Shown: piece by piece, positions 12,692 to 23,490 of the stretch
How the letters are laid out: every line of letters starts with the position of its first letter
How positions within the stretch are numbered: the first letter of the stretch is position 1
Assembly: GCA_964252035.1 (NCBI GenBank)
Contig: OZ176204.1
Direction: 5' to 3' (one strand)
Length of the DNA stretch: 64,000 bases
Source of the DNA: Podarcis erhardii
Taxonomy: Eukaryota
Program-made: the position numbers and the translations under genes
Notes under the pieces: model-generated
Database searches by the model: none
Seen by the model: only the letters and a program-made list of their open reading frames with translations
What the model was told of the DNA's origin: nothing

Positions 12692-14321
12692 CTGAAAATG
12701 AAATACCGCAAATATTACTTACAATCAATGACTTGAAAAAGCTCTGAGCACCATTTTGATCTAAGACAGACAAAAAAGTGACTTTTTAAAAAAGGAAGGA
12801 AGAAACAGTTGGCTTGGTTATTTATGTATGTATACTAGGAAAATGAGGGGGCTGAATGTGTGGGGATGGAATACATTATAGGGTGTGCACAAAGCACACA
12901 AAAATATAGTTTCCTTGGCAGTGAGGGCAAGGCCATTCAGTTTCAAAAATGCATGTGCATTGATTTAGTATTCCACACAAGAAAAGTGGCAGGCACTATT
13001 ATTAGAGAAATAAAAGGGTGTGCTTTAGGATACCACTGAGGTTTGAAATAAACATATTCCCTACGTCTTGTGACTGCAGCAACTTAGAAAACCAAGCTGG
13101 GGCCTATTTGTACAGTTCCCTTTTTGGTCTAGAGCACAAGAGTATGGTTCAGTTCATATATAATGCCAAACTAAAGTTCATTAAGCAGTTTGAGGAGCTG
13201 TCTGAATTCAGTTAAACAAAGCCATAAATATAATCTAGCTCCGCAGGCTGATTCACCATAAGGACTGGAGTAAACAAAAAAATCTGACAATGAAACTGGA
13301 AACAGAAAAGCAATTATAAACCAGCTACTTTGGGAAGCTCAGGACACTGTTTGGGTTCTAAGCTGTGGTTAGAGCAAGCTATGGTTTGGTGTAGAAAGTC
13401 ACAAACTCTGCTTTTTTTTCTGTGTTTGTGGTGGACAGTGCGGAGGAAAGGGGCAGGGGACGCATATTATCATCACCTCTCCTCAACTCCTAAAAGTCCT
13501 CATCCATCTGTGAAGCTCTATGGTTATGGCACTACCAAATGGAGATATGACGGTAAAAATTAACTCTGGCATAATTTCCTGCCCATAAAAGCAACATGCT
13601 GCAATGTGACAGGCCAGGCCAGTGCCATCCAAAGGGATGACATCAAAGGAGAATGCCACAAGGGCAGCCACCCCCTTTTGGACTTGTTTTGTTCCTTAAA
13701 GGAGATTGTTTTAACTTATATTTGTCCAACTGACTGGGATAGTCCCAGTCAAGTGGTATATGGCAGGTGTGCTGGCTGCCGCACTCAACACTAAATGAGG
13801 AAGGGCTTAATCTCCCTAGGTGAAAAGGGAAGACATGGGGTGGGAATTAATGCCAGTGGTGCTGGTAGTAACTTTTCCCCATTTGGGTATTTGCTCTTTG
13901 TTGGTAGATCCAAGCAGGGCTCAGCAGAGGGCCACCCCCAAACCCCATCCAGTAAAGCAGACTGAAGGCTCAGATTGCCCTGCTACTGGGAATTTATTCA
14001 GTCCCCTTTGTTCCCAATTAAATCCTGCTGGGTGTTATGGAAAAAGAATCAATGCCAATATCTATCCAACTCTACAATTCTACGATTCTGTGAAGGCTTT
14101 AAAGCAGAGGGTGGATGGCTATCTGTAATGCATTATCTAGCTGAGATTCCTTCATTACAGGGGGTTTGAACACAAATTTAATTATTTCATTTTAAAAATG
14201 GTATCTGGTTCAAAATATTGACTCAGCTTGCAGAAGACCACACAGATTTTATTCAGTGATAATTTATACATTATAAGATTCATTATCTGTTATTTCCAGA
14301 GGATATCTATGCTAGGTTTTT

Positions 14322-14394
14322 GTAGCACAACAAAGTCTTGTGGCATCTTAAATACATAACCTTTTGTGGACTACACTTTACTCCATCAAATGCA
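14322..14394 (-). mobile_element. Older Penelope-like end with decayed hammerhead
   Basis: Minus strand reads CATTTGATGGAGTAAAGTGTAGTCCACAAAAGGTTATG...TAAGATGCCACAAGACTTTG. Confidence 0.5.
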
Positions 14395-15564
14395 AATACC
14401 AAAATAACAGAAAAGAAGCTCCCACTCAATCAAATTTAGCTTTACTGTAACAATGCAATAATGAATTTGTTTGCATTTACAAGGCTTACTTTATAATAGG
14501 TTTAGATGCTGTGAGGGGTGATTTTTATTTTATGTTTTGCTTTATTATATACCTCCTATGACACTGGAGGATGCACCACTGAACATACCAAGACTTTTGA
14601 ATACAAATTTGTAGGATGGCACTGTTAACATTAAAAAATATATATATGTTAAGTTGGGAATGGGTTCAGTAAAGGCAGAAAGTTGCTGTAAGCAGCCAAG
14701 AAAAGTAGCCCCTCAGCAGCAGCTGCCTGGACCACTTTGTCTAATGAAAAGCATGTGTCCTGCCCTGACCCAGCTTGAAGCTCAGGCAAAGCATACGGCT
14801 GCAAAGGCACTTACCAGTTAGTCTGACTCACAGCAGGCAAAGCAAGGCAGGGTCACAACAGGTAAGGTAGGGGCTATCAGGACCTTGGACAGCACACTCC
14901 TGAAGGTGGTGGCTAGAGAATCCTCCCACAAGGAGAGCTGTTTCCTCAGCAATGTGAACAAAGGTCTGATCCTGCTGTCCTGCCCACGTCTGAGAGGGCA
15001 GGTTTCTGGGCACACAAGAGGGATCAGTGTGCCGAGTTCTTTGGGCCCAGTACACTATATATGTATTGCCCCTCCCAAAAGAGGATACAAATTTGCATAT
15101 ACTAATTTATAGGTAAATTAGCTCTACCCATAGTGGGGAAGATGGTAACCAGGTTAGGAGACTAATCCATACCTGGGTCTTTTTGCTATGATAAGTATAA
15201 AGCAGGGGTGGGAAATCTTTGATTTTTTTTTAAGGGCCACTGACTCACAGAAAAAAACAAATAAGAGATTACACATAAAATGTCTGTTAGATTGTTAGAT
15301 TTCCACCTGCTAAATGGTCATTCAAGGCAAAGAGCTCTGCTCTCTCCCAGAGCCACTCCTAAACCATGCAAAGAACTCATGTTTCAGGAACTGTAAACAA
15401 ATTATGTTATGCTAGATTTCTCATCAATTGATTTTAGGATGACAAAACTACATTTAGAGCAAGATCAGACATAGTATTTCTGATTTCAATATGATGATGT
15501 TGAAACAGATCTAAGATTTACAATAATCAAGGCTGAATATTATACACTTTCTTGGAAGGAGTGA

Positions 15565-15785
15565 GTGCATAGCTTGGGGGTACTTCTGGATCCATTATGT
15601 TGCATGAGCCTTCAACTGGTGGCCCAGCTGCAGCCGTATCTGGACAGGGGAAGCCTGACTTCTATTGCCTGTGCACTGGTAACCCTAGTTTGGACTACTG
15701 CAGTGCATTGGCTACCTTTAAAGGCAGTTCAGAATCTGCAGCTCATGCAAAATTTGGCGGCCAAGTTGTTGATGGGAGCTGATGG
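15565..15785 (+). mobile_element. L2 LINE fragment
   Basis: SLGVLLDP...QLQPYLD...LPLKAVQNLQLMQNLAAKLL. Confidence 0.7.
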
Positions 15786-16019
15786 TATGAAAGGAGCAAG
15801 GCTGCAAATCCAGTTTTAAGCCACAGATAGATTCATAGGCATAAAGGCAATACATAAAAGTTTAAAAACACCAGGACAGGAAACTGGATCTGGAAGCACA
15901 GTGTCAACCAGTCCACTTGGTGTAAAATGAATGTAATGTGTCTCAACTCTCTACCACCAAAAAACACCCAATTTTCGGCTGGTGAACCCTTTCCTGAACA
16001 GAGACAGTTTAGATACAGT

Positions 16020-16164
16020 AGCCTCCAGATTGCATTATTTATTTTATTTTATTATTTACTGTACTTCTGCTATTTTTATATTGCTGAATCACCAAGCTGC
16101 ATTATATGTAGGGCTGTCCTTACAGTTTATTCAGAATCTGCAGCTAGTGCAAAACACAGTGGTT
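16020..16164 (+). mobile_element. L2 LINE fragment
   Basis: ALYVGLSLQFIQNLQLVQN. Confidence 0.55.
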
Positions 16165-16420
16165 AGAAGAAGAAGAAGAAGAAGAGTTTGGATTTGATAT
16201 CCCGCCTTTCACTCCCTTTAAGGAGTCTCAAAGCGGCTAACATTCTCCTTTCCCTTCCTCCCCCACAACAAACACTCTGTGAGGTGAGTGGGGCTGAGAG
16301 ACTTCACAGAAGTGTGACTGGCCCAAGGTCACCCAGCAGCTGCATGTGGAGGAGCGGGGACGCGAACCCGGTTCCCCAGATTAGGAGACTACCGCTCTTA
16401 ACCACTACACCACACTGGCT
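16165..16420 (-). mobile_element. tRNA/CORE-type SINE (Squam3-like), inserted at the end of an L2 fragment
   Basis: Minus-strand head AGCCAGTGTGGTGTAGTGGTTAAGAGC, (TTC)n tail; CAGTGGT at both flanks (16157-16163, 16421-16427). Confidence 0.85.
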
Positions 16421-17269
16421 CAGTGGTACATTCTACTGTGCACATAACACACATGTGCTCAACTGAACTACCAAGCCAAGTTTAACGGGTTGTTGCTGAT
16501 TTATATGGCAGTGAATACTAAGTATTTCCTTCTACATAATCCAACTCATTCATTTGGTGACCTTACGGCACTGGACCCTGTGATCAGCACCTGAACTCCT
16601 TCGTGTGCCCCCTTCCATGAGAAGTTGGGAGGGTGACAACAAAAGAAAAGGTCTTTTCTGTTGTGGCCCCTGTGGGAGGCAAAAAATGATCTTCTCCCAG
16701 GCCTTTGGCTAATTAAAAAGTCTGAGACAGAACAGTGTTATTGTTTTTTTGTTTGTTACTATGTTATGTATTTTTTTTTTAAATATTGTAAATCACTCTG
16801 TATTATGATGATGATGTTTTTAGCAGTTTGTGTTTTTATCTGTAAGCTACCATGAGTCCCAATCAGGGGGAAAGTTGGGGTATAAATATATAGATAACAA
16901 TATTTCATTCTACTATATGGCCCTTGACAAAGAAAAGCTTTTCAATAATAATATTAATCACGTTCCTAGCAGTTCTTTTTATCTGTAAGCTGCCTTGAGT
17001 GCTCATCAGGGGGGAAAGACAGGGTATAAATAAAATACATAAACATTTTACATACATTGCCCTCGACAGAGAACAGCTGTGCTATACCAGCTGGAACACT
17101 CAATGTATTTCCCTTTCATCTCACCCCTTTTTGTTTCCCTGCCTTGGGGGGGGGGGAACTAACCCGAAAACCCAGGATTCAAATAAGCAATCTCCGCCGA
17201 AATTTCAGGTGGGGGGAGGCAACCCCACAAACTCTCTCAGCCCAAATCAAGAGGGTTACCAAACAAAAC

Positions 17270-18060
17270 CCAGCCCGCACCTTCGCTGCATAAAGGAAAC
17301 AACTACAACACCACAGAAAAATCCCTCCCCCCGCCCCGGCATCCCGATGGACATCCACCACACAACCACGCTCGCAGGCAGGCGCCATGCAAACAAGCAG
17401 CCAGTGCGCTCTTCCCTCCCTCGGGTGAGGAAGCGGGCACGAAGAGGACGCGAGTGGCGCCTGCAACCGCCTCTCAGGCCCGCACCCGCAGCACGTATGA
17501 ACTCCCCACATACACACGCGGAGCGAGGGGAACTGACGGGCGAGGCGCGGGATCGCCCAGCCCAGCCCAGCCCCAGGAGGCGGGCCTAGCGAGGCGGCCG
17601 GGCCTGGCCGGGCCTGTCACTCACCCTTGACGGCCCGCTCACAGGTACCGTGAGGCGTCGCCAGCGCAACCCGAGTCCCCTCCTTGCCGGACATGGCGCG
17701 GGCGGCGAGAGCAGCAGCAGCAGCAACGACGGCGGCTCCCTCAGCGTCTCTACCCGCCCCGGCCGCCCCCCGCCCCGGCTGCGGTTCTCTTTATCCGCCT
17801 CCCGCCGGGGCCCGGCCAGCGCGAGGGCGAGGGGCGGGCGGCGAGAGACTAGGGGCGGGCGGGAGCAGCCAGGGCCCAAAGCAACATGGCGGCGGACTAG
17901 CCGCTGAGGGAAAAAGAGCGCGCGAGCGCGAGTGACGAGGCGGCGGGTGCAGCCCGCCTCGGGACCGGCATGCACCGCGCCCGCAATCCCCCCCCCCGCC
18001 GCCCCCGCCACGAGGCTTAAGGGAGCGCCTCAGAAGTGCTCGGCTGAGGCACCATAATTA
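17270..18060. promoter_or_regulatory. CpG island / PPP3CB promoter and 5'UTR
   Basis: Abrupt GC- and CpG-rich block with many GGGCGG boxes around exon 1. YY1-like CCGCCATGTT (minus, ~17892-17883). ATGCAAAT octamer at 18071-18078 and CCAAT (minus) at 18205-18201 lie just upstream. Confidence 0.9.
17625..17694 (-). CDS. PPP3CB: Calcineurin A beta catalytic subunit, coding exon 1 (MSGKEGTRVALATPHGTCERAVK, phase 1)
   Basis: gccATG at 17694; in-frame TAA upstream at 17793-17791; ends AAG G|GTGAGT. The 70 nt join exon 2 to give ERAVKAVPFPP (cf. mammalian DRVVKAVPFPP). Confidence 0.88.
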
Positions 18061-21000
18061 AAGGCTCCTCATGCAAATAAATGAGGGTGCTTCCGAAATG
18101 CTTTTCTTTCCCCCTTTCTTTTTTTTCAAAGCGTCTATTCCTCTCAGTAAAAATATTAGTTTGTGGCATATTAACTGCCCCACCCCCCAGCGGTATTGAT
18201 ATTGGACGGTTGCAAGGCGGCTCACAAAAGTGTAAAAAAAAGAAGCGTGTCGAAATTCCCCCAAGCAATAAAACAAGGGCGAGAGCCACAGTCCCAAGGG
18301 ACCTCCCATAATATCTCTTATTTTCCACACAGACACGATTGCTTTTTAAATGGGATTGGACCCTCTCGGCTCAGTATCCTGTCGAGGGGAACTGCTGAGG
18401 CTTCCCTAAATCCAGCGCCAGCAATAATAATAAAAGAAAAAGTGAACGAAACTGCAATTACAACTTTATTTTTTTGCACAGGCAGAAGCTATAATAAAAC
18501 TCCCTTTAAAAGCCTTCAAGCGGTCCGAAACATTTAGGAAGCTCACTTCCCCAGTGTCATCATGCTGAATAAATTATTTCATGTGACAATTCGTGCATTG
18601 TCCAAAGAAAAGGCTCTTTTGGTAGCTTCATATTAAATCACCATTAATATTAAATTACTCTGCCTAGAGGCTTTTATGCTGGACTTTTTAACTGGCAAAC
18701 CCAGGCTTTTATAAAAACTAGAAAGTGGTCCTGGTTCAGACTATGGGATACAGGATGCTTATCCGAGAGGGCCTCCTCTGTCTCGAGAGAGGTTATTAAA
18801 CTGGACAATAAACTGGTGGGCACCTTGGACTAGATCAAGACCATCCATATTAAGAAAATATTATTCTGCATCAGTTTCTACATCTAGGGGAATATATTCA
18901 CCTTGTATATCTTTATGTGAACTCAGGATCGTAACAATGAGATTTTTATGAAACAACAGTGATCTCTTTTTAGCTTGCTTAGACTTCCATGCTACACATA
19001 TTTCTCCTTCCTAGCTTTTATTTGCTATTGACAAATAATTTTTAAGCAGCAGGTGTGACCCTTGAGGGAATGTTTTACCTGTGTAGAGTTATAAGTCGAA
19101 GCTCCTGGACCAGTTTGCTAGAGAGAACATAGGGTTGCCGTACTTCAAAATGTGAAAATCCAGGCAAAAAAGCTTTTAGCCCACCACAAGCCACAAAGCT
19201 GAAAACAATCTGCATGGCTGAGCTTCGCAGTTCAGACATCATCTGAAGCTAAACTGAAGCATGTCTAATTGAAGTGTCATTTTAAGCCTACCTGAACAAA
19301 GCTACTGTATCTGTTATTCTGCAACAGAAACTGAGTAAAGGTTATTTTTACCTTTTACAATGTTGCTTGTGTGATTATTCTTTTAAGGGGGAGGAAGGGG
19401 GGGATATCAGGAGAATCCAGTCTGCCTTAAAGCATCTTGCATTACTTAAACTGAAAGGCTAAAACTAGCCTATCTAAGCTTCTTTATAAGCTGCAAAAGG
19501 ATGCACTCTGCCGAACTCACAAATGTGAGGACGCATAACATCTAATAAATATATATAGTCTCGCCTAGACACCCCAACTTTTACACGGGAAGACACCCGA
19601 GGACACCAAAACCTGCAGTCTCCTAACATCTATACACATTGCTACACCCGACACAGAACATGCTGAATCCTTAACCCAAGCCACATTTTCAAACACTCCT
19701 TAACTCACCTTTCTCTTAACACACATACTTCTCTCTCCACTCCCATTTATTTAAAATTATAGCCCACCTATATTAATAGTGCCTGTAGCAACATCCCTGA
19801 CCACAGGCCAAGCTGATTGCAACAAAATACTTACAATATGTAGGAATTCAAACGTGATCAAATTTGCATTTATTTTCCAGCTAACCCTTGCCCCTCTCAC
19901 TAGCACCTTCTTCATTAGCCTGGATTCCAGCCAAACGATAAGGGCATATAGATCACCACCTTGTAACCTAATTTGTGTGTTGTCTTTTGTTACCTTATTC
20001 TACCACCTTAAAAGTATTAAAATGTAAGAAAACCAGTGTCTTCACAAATCCTCATCTACAAAGCAAAAAATAAAATCAAAAGTGAAATAGCAGCCTCTGT
20101 TTCACCTTATACTCAATGTACTTACTTTTCACCAGAATCGAGGCAGCATCAGAAGTCAGGGTTCACAATGATGCTCGCACATCGCTGATACGAGCCTTTG
20201 GCCTTGATTTGCAGCCCAGTAAGACTGTTTTTGGCACAGCTGTGCTCTATTCAGCTTTGTAACAAGGCAATTCACTCCAGCTGATCGCTCCTGCATCACC
20301 ACTAGCAGGTGACATGAGAGCTTTTAAAAGGTTGCTCTGAGCGTAGTTGTTACTAGAGACAGTGCTACAGAGGAATACTGAAAATTGAATGGGCAACCAT
20401 ATCACATTTAGGTCAGGTGTAAAAATATTATCTGCAGCTCAGTGCTCAGACTGCATGCAAAAAAACAAAAAACAAACCCCAGAAACCACAGCATCATGTT
20501 AAATGAGCTGTACATTTAGTAAGTTGCACTAGGAAAAAAAGCATAATTGTCGAGCAGGATGACAATTTGGCATATGTATTTAGAAGGAACACTAGGCAGC
20601 AGTCTAGGTTTTATATGGAGGTCAAGAACTTAACAATCCACTTTTCAGTCTAATAGTTTCTGTGTGGGAGCAAACAATGGTGTTCATTGTAACACTGGCA
20701 AGTCTTTGACGATATTTCCTAAAAGGATAATGTAACAATGTGCCAGGTTCTTGCAGGACTCAAGCAATGAGACAAAGAAGAACAATTCACAAAGCTCAGA
20801 TTTTTCACACACCAACACTCCTGGTAGAGCTAGCTCCTAAGTTCAAAATATCTAATTTTTTAAAAGCAATTAATTACCAATTCAACACACCTACCTTTTA
20901 GCAGGAGCTACGGGCAATGTAAAAAAATCCCAAAAGGAACGGAGATCATATGGAAGTCAGTAGCCAGCCCAGCCCCTCTAACAGGCAGAGAGCAGTTTTC

Positions 21001-21109
21001 CTTCAAATAAAGTCTCAGACTAACTCTGACAGGCAGCAGATGGTATGGAGATTCCTTACCTGTTAACAAATTGTTTTATCTTTTAATTTTTATCTTTAAT
21101 TACCCCCCC

Positions 21110-21275
21110 CCCTTTCCTCCAAAGAGCTCAGGTCAGCATACATGTGCCTTACCTTTCAATTTAATATTCACAATGACCCTATGAGGTAGGGTATGAGACC
21201 GATTGGCCAAAAGTTGCCTGGCAAGCTTGATGACTGAGCTGGGATTTGAACTTCTTGGCCTTCATCCAGCCACAC
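21110..21275 (-). mobile_element. Old CORE/MIR-like SINE
   Basis: Degenerate CACAATGACCCTATGAGGTAGG...GGGATTTGAAC. Confidence 0.5.
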
Positions 21276-21344
21276 TGGTGAACTTCTACATATGTTTATA
21301 GAATAACCACACTAGTATAGGGTGTTAGGGGAGAGGTAGTATCT

Positions 21345-21856
21345 CTGTTGGGGGGCATATTGTGCTGCTTCTGGGGTAATTTGTCCACCTTTGGTCCATA
21401 CCCTGCACTCAGCTTTCACCCGTGGCTACTAGAAGTTGCCAGCATGTAACAGCAGCCACACCCTGGAAATGGCTTTGATTGGCTGGCTAAACCAGGTGAG
21501 GGTAGCTGATGGGTCTCAAATCCTTGGTGAGTTAGGAACATCTTTGGGAGAAGAAAAGGCTAAGAAGTAAATCCTACGCAAATCTGGAGTCCCTAAGGTG
21601 GCTGGATGGTGCCTTGGTACGCCCCCGTCTAGCAACTCCTGTAGCCAAGCTGGTGTCAAACGTGTAGCTCTGCTTCTCTTTGGACCACATCAGTGAGGAT
21701 GAGAGGGGAGGGGGAGTCCTGTCATCTGGGCAGTCAAAAACCTCCAAACACACTGCCCAGGCTTGCGCCCTGAGGTTACTTTGGTGCTGCTAATGCAGCC
21801 GTTTGTCTTCACCTCTGGAGGCACACTCCCTTGTCTCTCCAGACAGACGGATGCCA
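21345..21856. mobile_element. Probable non-autonomous RTE-related repeat between the genes
   Basis: GGCTAAACCAGGTGAGGGTAGC...TTGGACCACATCAGTGAG...CAGACAGACGGATGCCAA recalled as a lizard interspersed repeat; family uncertain. Confidence 0.4.
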
Positions 21857-22114
21857 AAAACATAGCAGCACGGTACTCTTAGACCTCTGCCTATAGAGTG
21901 GGAAGTCCTACCTGTTTCCAGAGGTTTGCTCCAAATACAGGCTCATGAGCGAACCTGTATCAGATGCCAGGGGATAGTTTCCATAATATGCAGCTCATGT
22001 GCAAAGCAAAAGTAAGAGCTAATGAATGTGCAAGAACTGTAGAATACCAGTTTGTTAGGTTTTTTAAATCGCCTGGTTGAAAGACAAAAAGAGCAATTCA
22101 TACACCACCCAATA

Positions 22115-22837
22115 AATATAACTATTTCATAAATTTATTTGAAAAATACTTACAAAGGCAAGTATGTTTGACCCTAAAATAGTTAAAGTGATTCTGTGTT
22201 TACAATGTTATAATTAAGTGTGCAGCCTTAACAGTCTTTGCTTTCTGAATCACTGTTAGTCTGCTTTGAGGAAGTGGGAGAAGGCCTGATTTACACATGA
22301 GCTATGCCTTCTTTCCAGCTCCGAACTAGCACCTACGGCAGTCATCTGTGCCTAACATCTCAACACAAAGAAGGATACATTTGCCTCATTAACCCATAAG
22401 CACTGCCAAATCTCTAACTTCAGAGAACATGGGAAGTTTATCAGGCCCCACCTAACGGAGAAGAAGAACTCAAAACTGAATAATGGGTTGGCGTATGGGA
22501 TTAGTAGCGATGCTTTTCATGACTTAAGTCCTTTTAAACATAGCCTGTTGTCAACAACTGACTTCATTTGCAGCTCTTGCTCTTCTTCCAATTGCTAGTG
22601 GGCCTGAAACCATTTTCTGTGGAGAGAGGCTGAGAATGGAGTCTCCAAAAAGTTCCCCATGGACAGCGGTTCGGCAGTACAGAAACACAGTGCAATTAGC
22701 TTTCACTTATCGTATAGCTACTTTTAAAGACAAGACTGGCACAGACACGGACTGAAAAAAAATCTTGCTGTCTTATCAACTATAGCTCGGACAACCTGTT
22801 TCATAAGGGGGCGATCCCTTCTGAAGTTAAAGAGACC
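22115..22837 (-). other. USP54: USP54 3'UTR (~720 nt; 3' end approximate)
   Basis: Between the stop and the AATAAA plus downstream GU-rich element. Confidence 0.65.
22134..22139 (-). terminator. USP54 polyadenylation signal AATAAA
   Basis: Followed on the minus strand by the GU/U-rich tract ATTGGGTGGTGTATGAATTGCTCTTTTTGTCTT. Confidence 0.7.
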
Positions 22838-23490
22838 TCACCAGTTGCTGTTGTGCATGGAAGCAGCAGCTGCACGGGCCAGCATCCTACGGTGAGCTTC
22901 GGAAGCAGATGAATAAGTTCCATCTATCATGTGCACTGGCAACACTCTCCTTGCTCCAGGCTGAGAGGTATAGCTATTCTGCCGCCAGTCTTCATCTGGG
23001 GGCATATCTACCCTTCTGGGACCTGGAGCCTTGGCCTGTGTGGGTGGCACTGGACAACCTTGAAAGCCACCTGTGTCTCTTGAAGCCCACTGAGGTATGC
23101 TTAAGGTACTGTAACTCGAGCCAAGCGGCGACCTACAGTCAGCGGCACAAGCATCCCGTTTTCCTTGCTGCAGTGGCTGCTGGAGTAAATGTTTTTGTGA
23201 TCCCTTGCTTGTTGGAGCAGCGTATCCCCAGTGTACTGTTTGTCTATCTGGCAGTGTTGCTGTTTGTCTGGCAGTGTGACTCATCTGCAGCCAGTGGCCA
23301 GCGGGGCCAGATGCTTCTTTGCTTCCTAAATGTTGATTAAGAAGAGGTCTCTGCCCAAGTTGAGAAGGCAGGCCCTGCTGTTTGTACGTGAGGCTCCCAT
23401 AGTTCAGTGCCACAGCTGGGTTGTCTTCACCTTGGAAAGTTTCACCCCTGTCAGGCACAGCCAAAATTTTTTGGATGTTCTTCTGATTTC
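22838..23490 (-). CDS. USP54: USP54 last coding exon (GNQKNIQKILAVPDRGE...PGPRRVDMPPDEDWRQ...HNSNW*)
   Basis: 653 nt, tttctcag acceptor, TGA stop; PGPRRVDMPPDxDWRQ and terminal Trp match my recollection of human USP54. Confidence 0.95.

Noticed and set aside
13731-13751. 9-bp hairpin TGACTGGGA-TAG-TCCCAGTCA
   Set aside because: Too short to be distinguished from chance in 64 kb.
14809-15055. Perfect GTAAGT donor (14814) with AP-1 site in PPP3CB intron 1 as an alternative first exon
   Set aside because: The phase-1 frame is closed by a TGA just upstream, there is no promoter-like context, and isolated donors are common.
16380-16420. tRNA genes at SINE heads (also 43976, 11318, 31316)
   Set aside because: A/B boxes continue into SINE bodies with tails/TSDs; no complete cloverleaf.
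17179-18011. Several 80-196 aa ORFs over the CpG island (e.g. 16999-17589, 17586-18011)
   Set aside because: GC-rich DNA is stop-poor and the translations are Arg/Pro/Gly/Ala low-complexity. The real exon 1 is a different 70-nt frame.
22909-23340. 143-aa plus-strand ORF antisense to the last USP54 exon
   Set aside because: Shadow frame of real coding sequence with no recognisable domain; same for 34719-35024 and 12517-12747.
23455-23475. LxVP calcineurin-docking motif (ILAVP) in USP54 next to the calcineurin gene
   Set aside because: The aligned human position, as I recall it, reads FLAMC; a 4-residue motif is common by chance, and adjacency implies no interaction.
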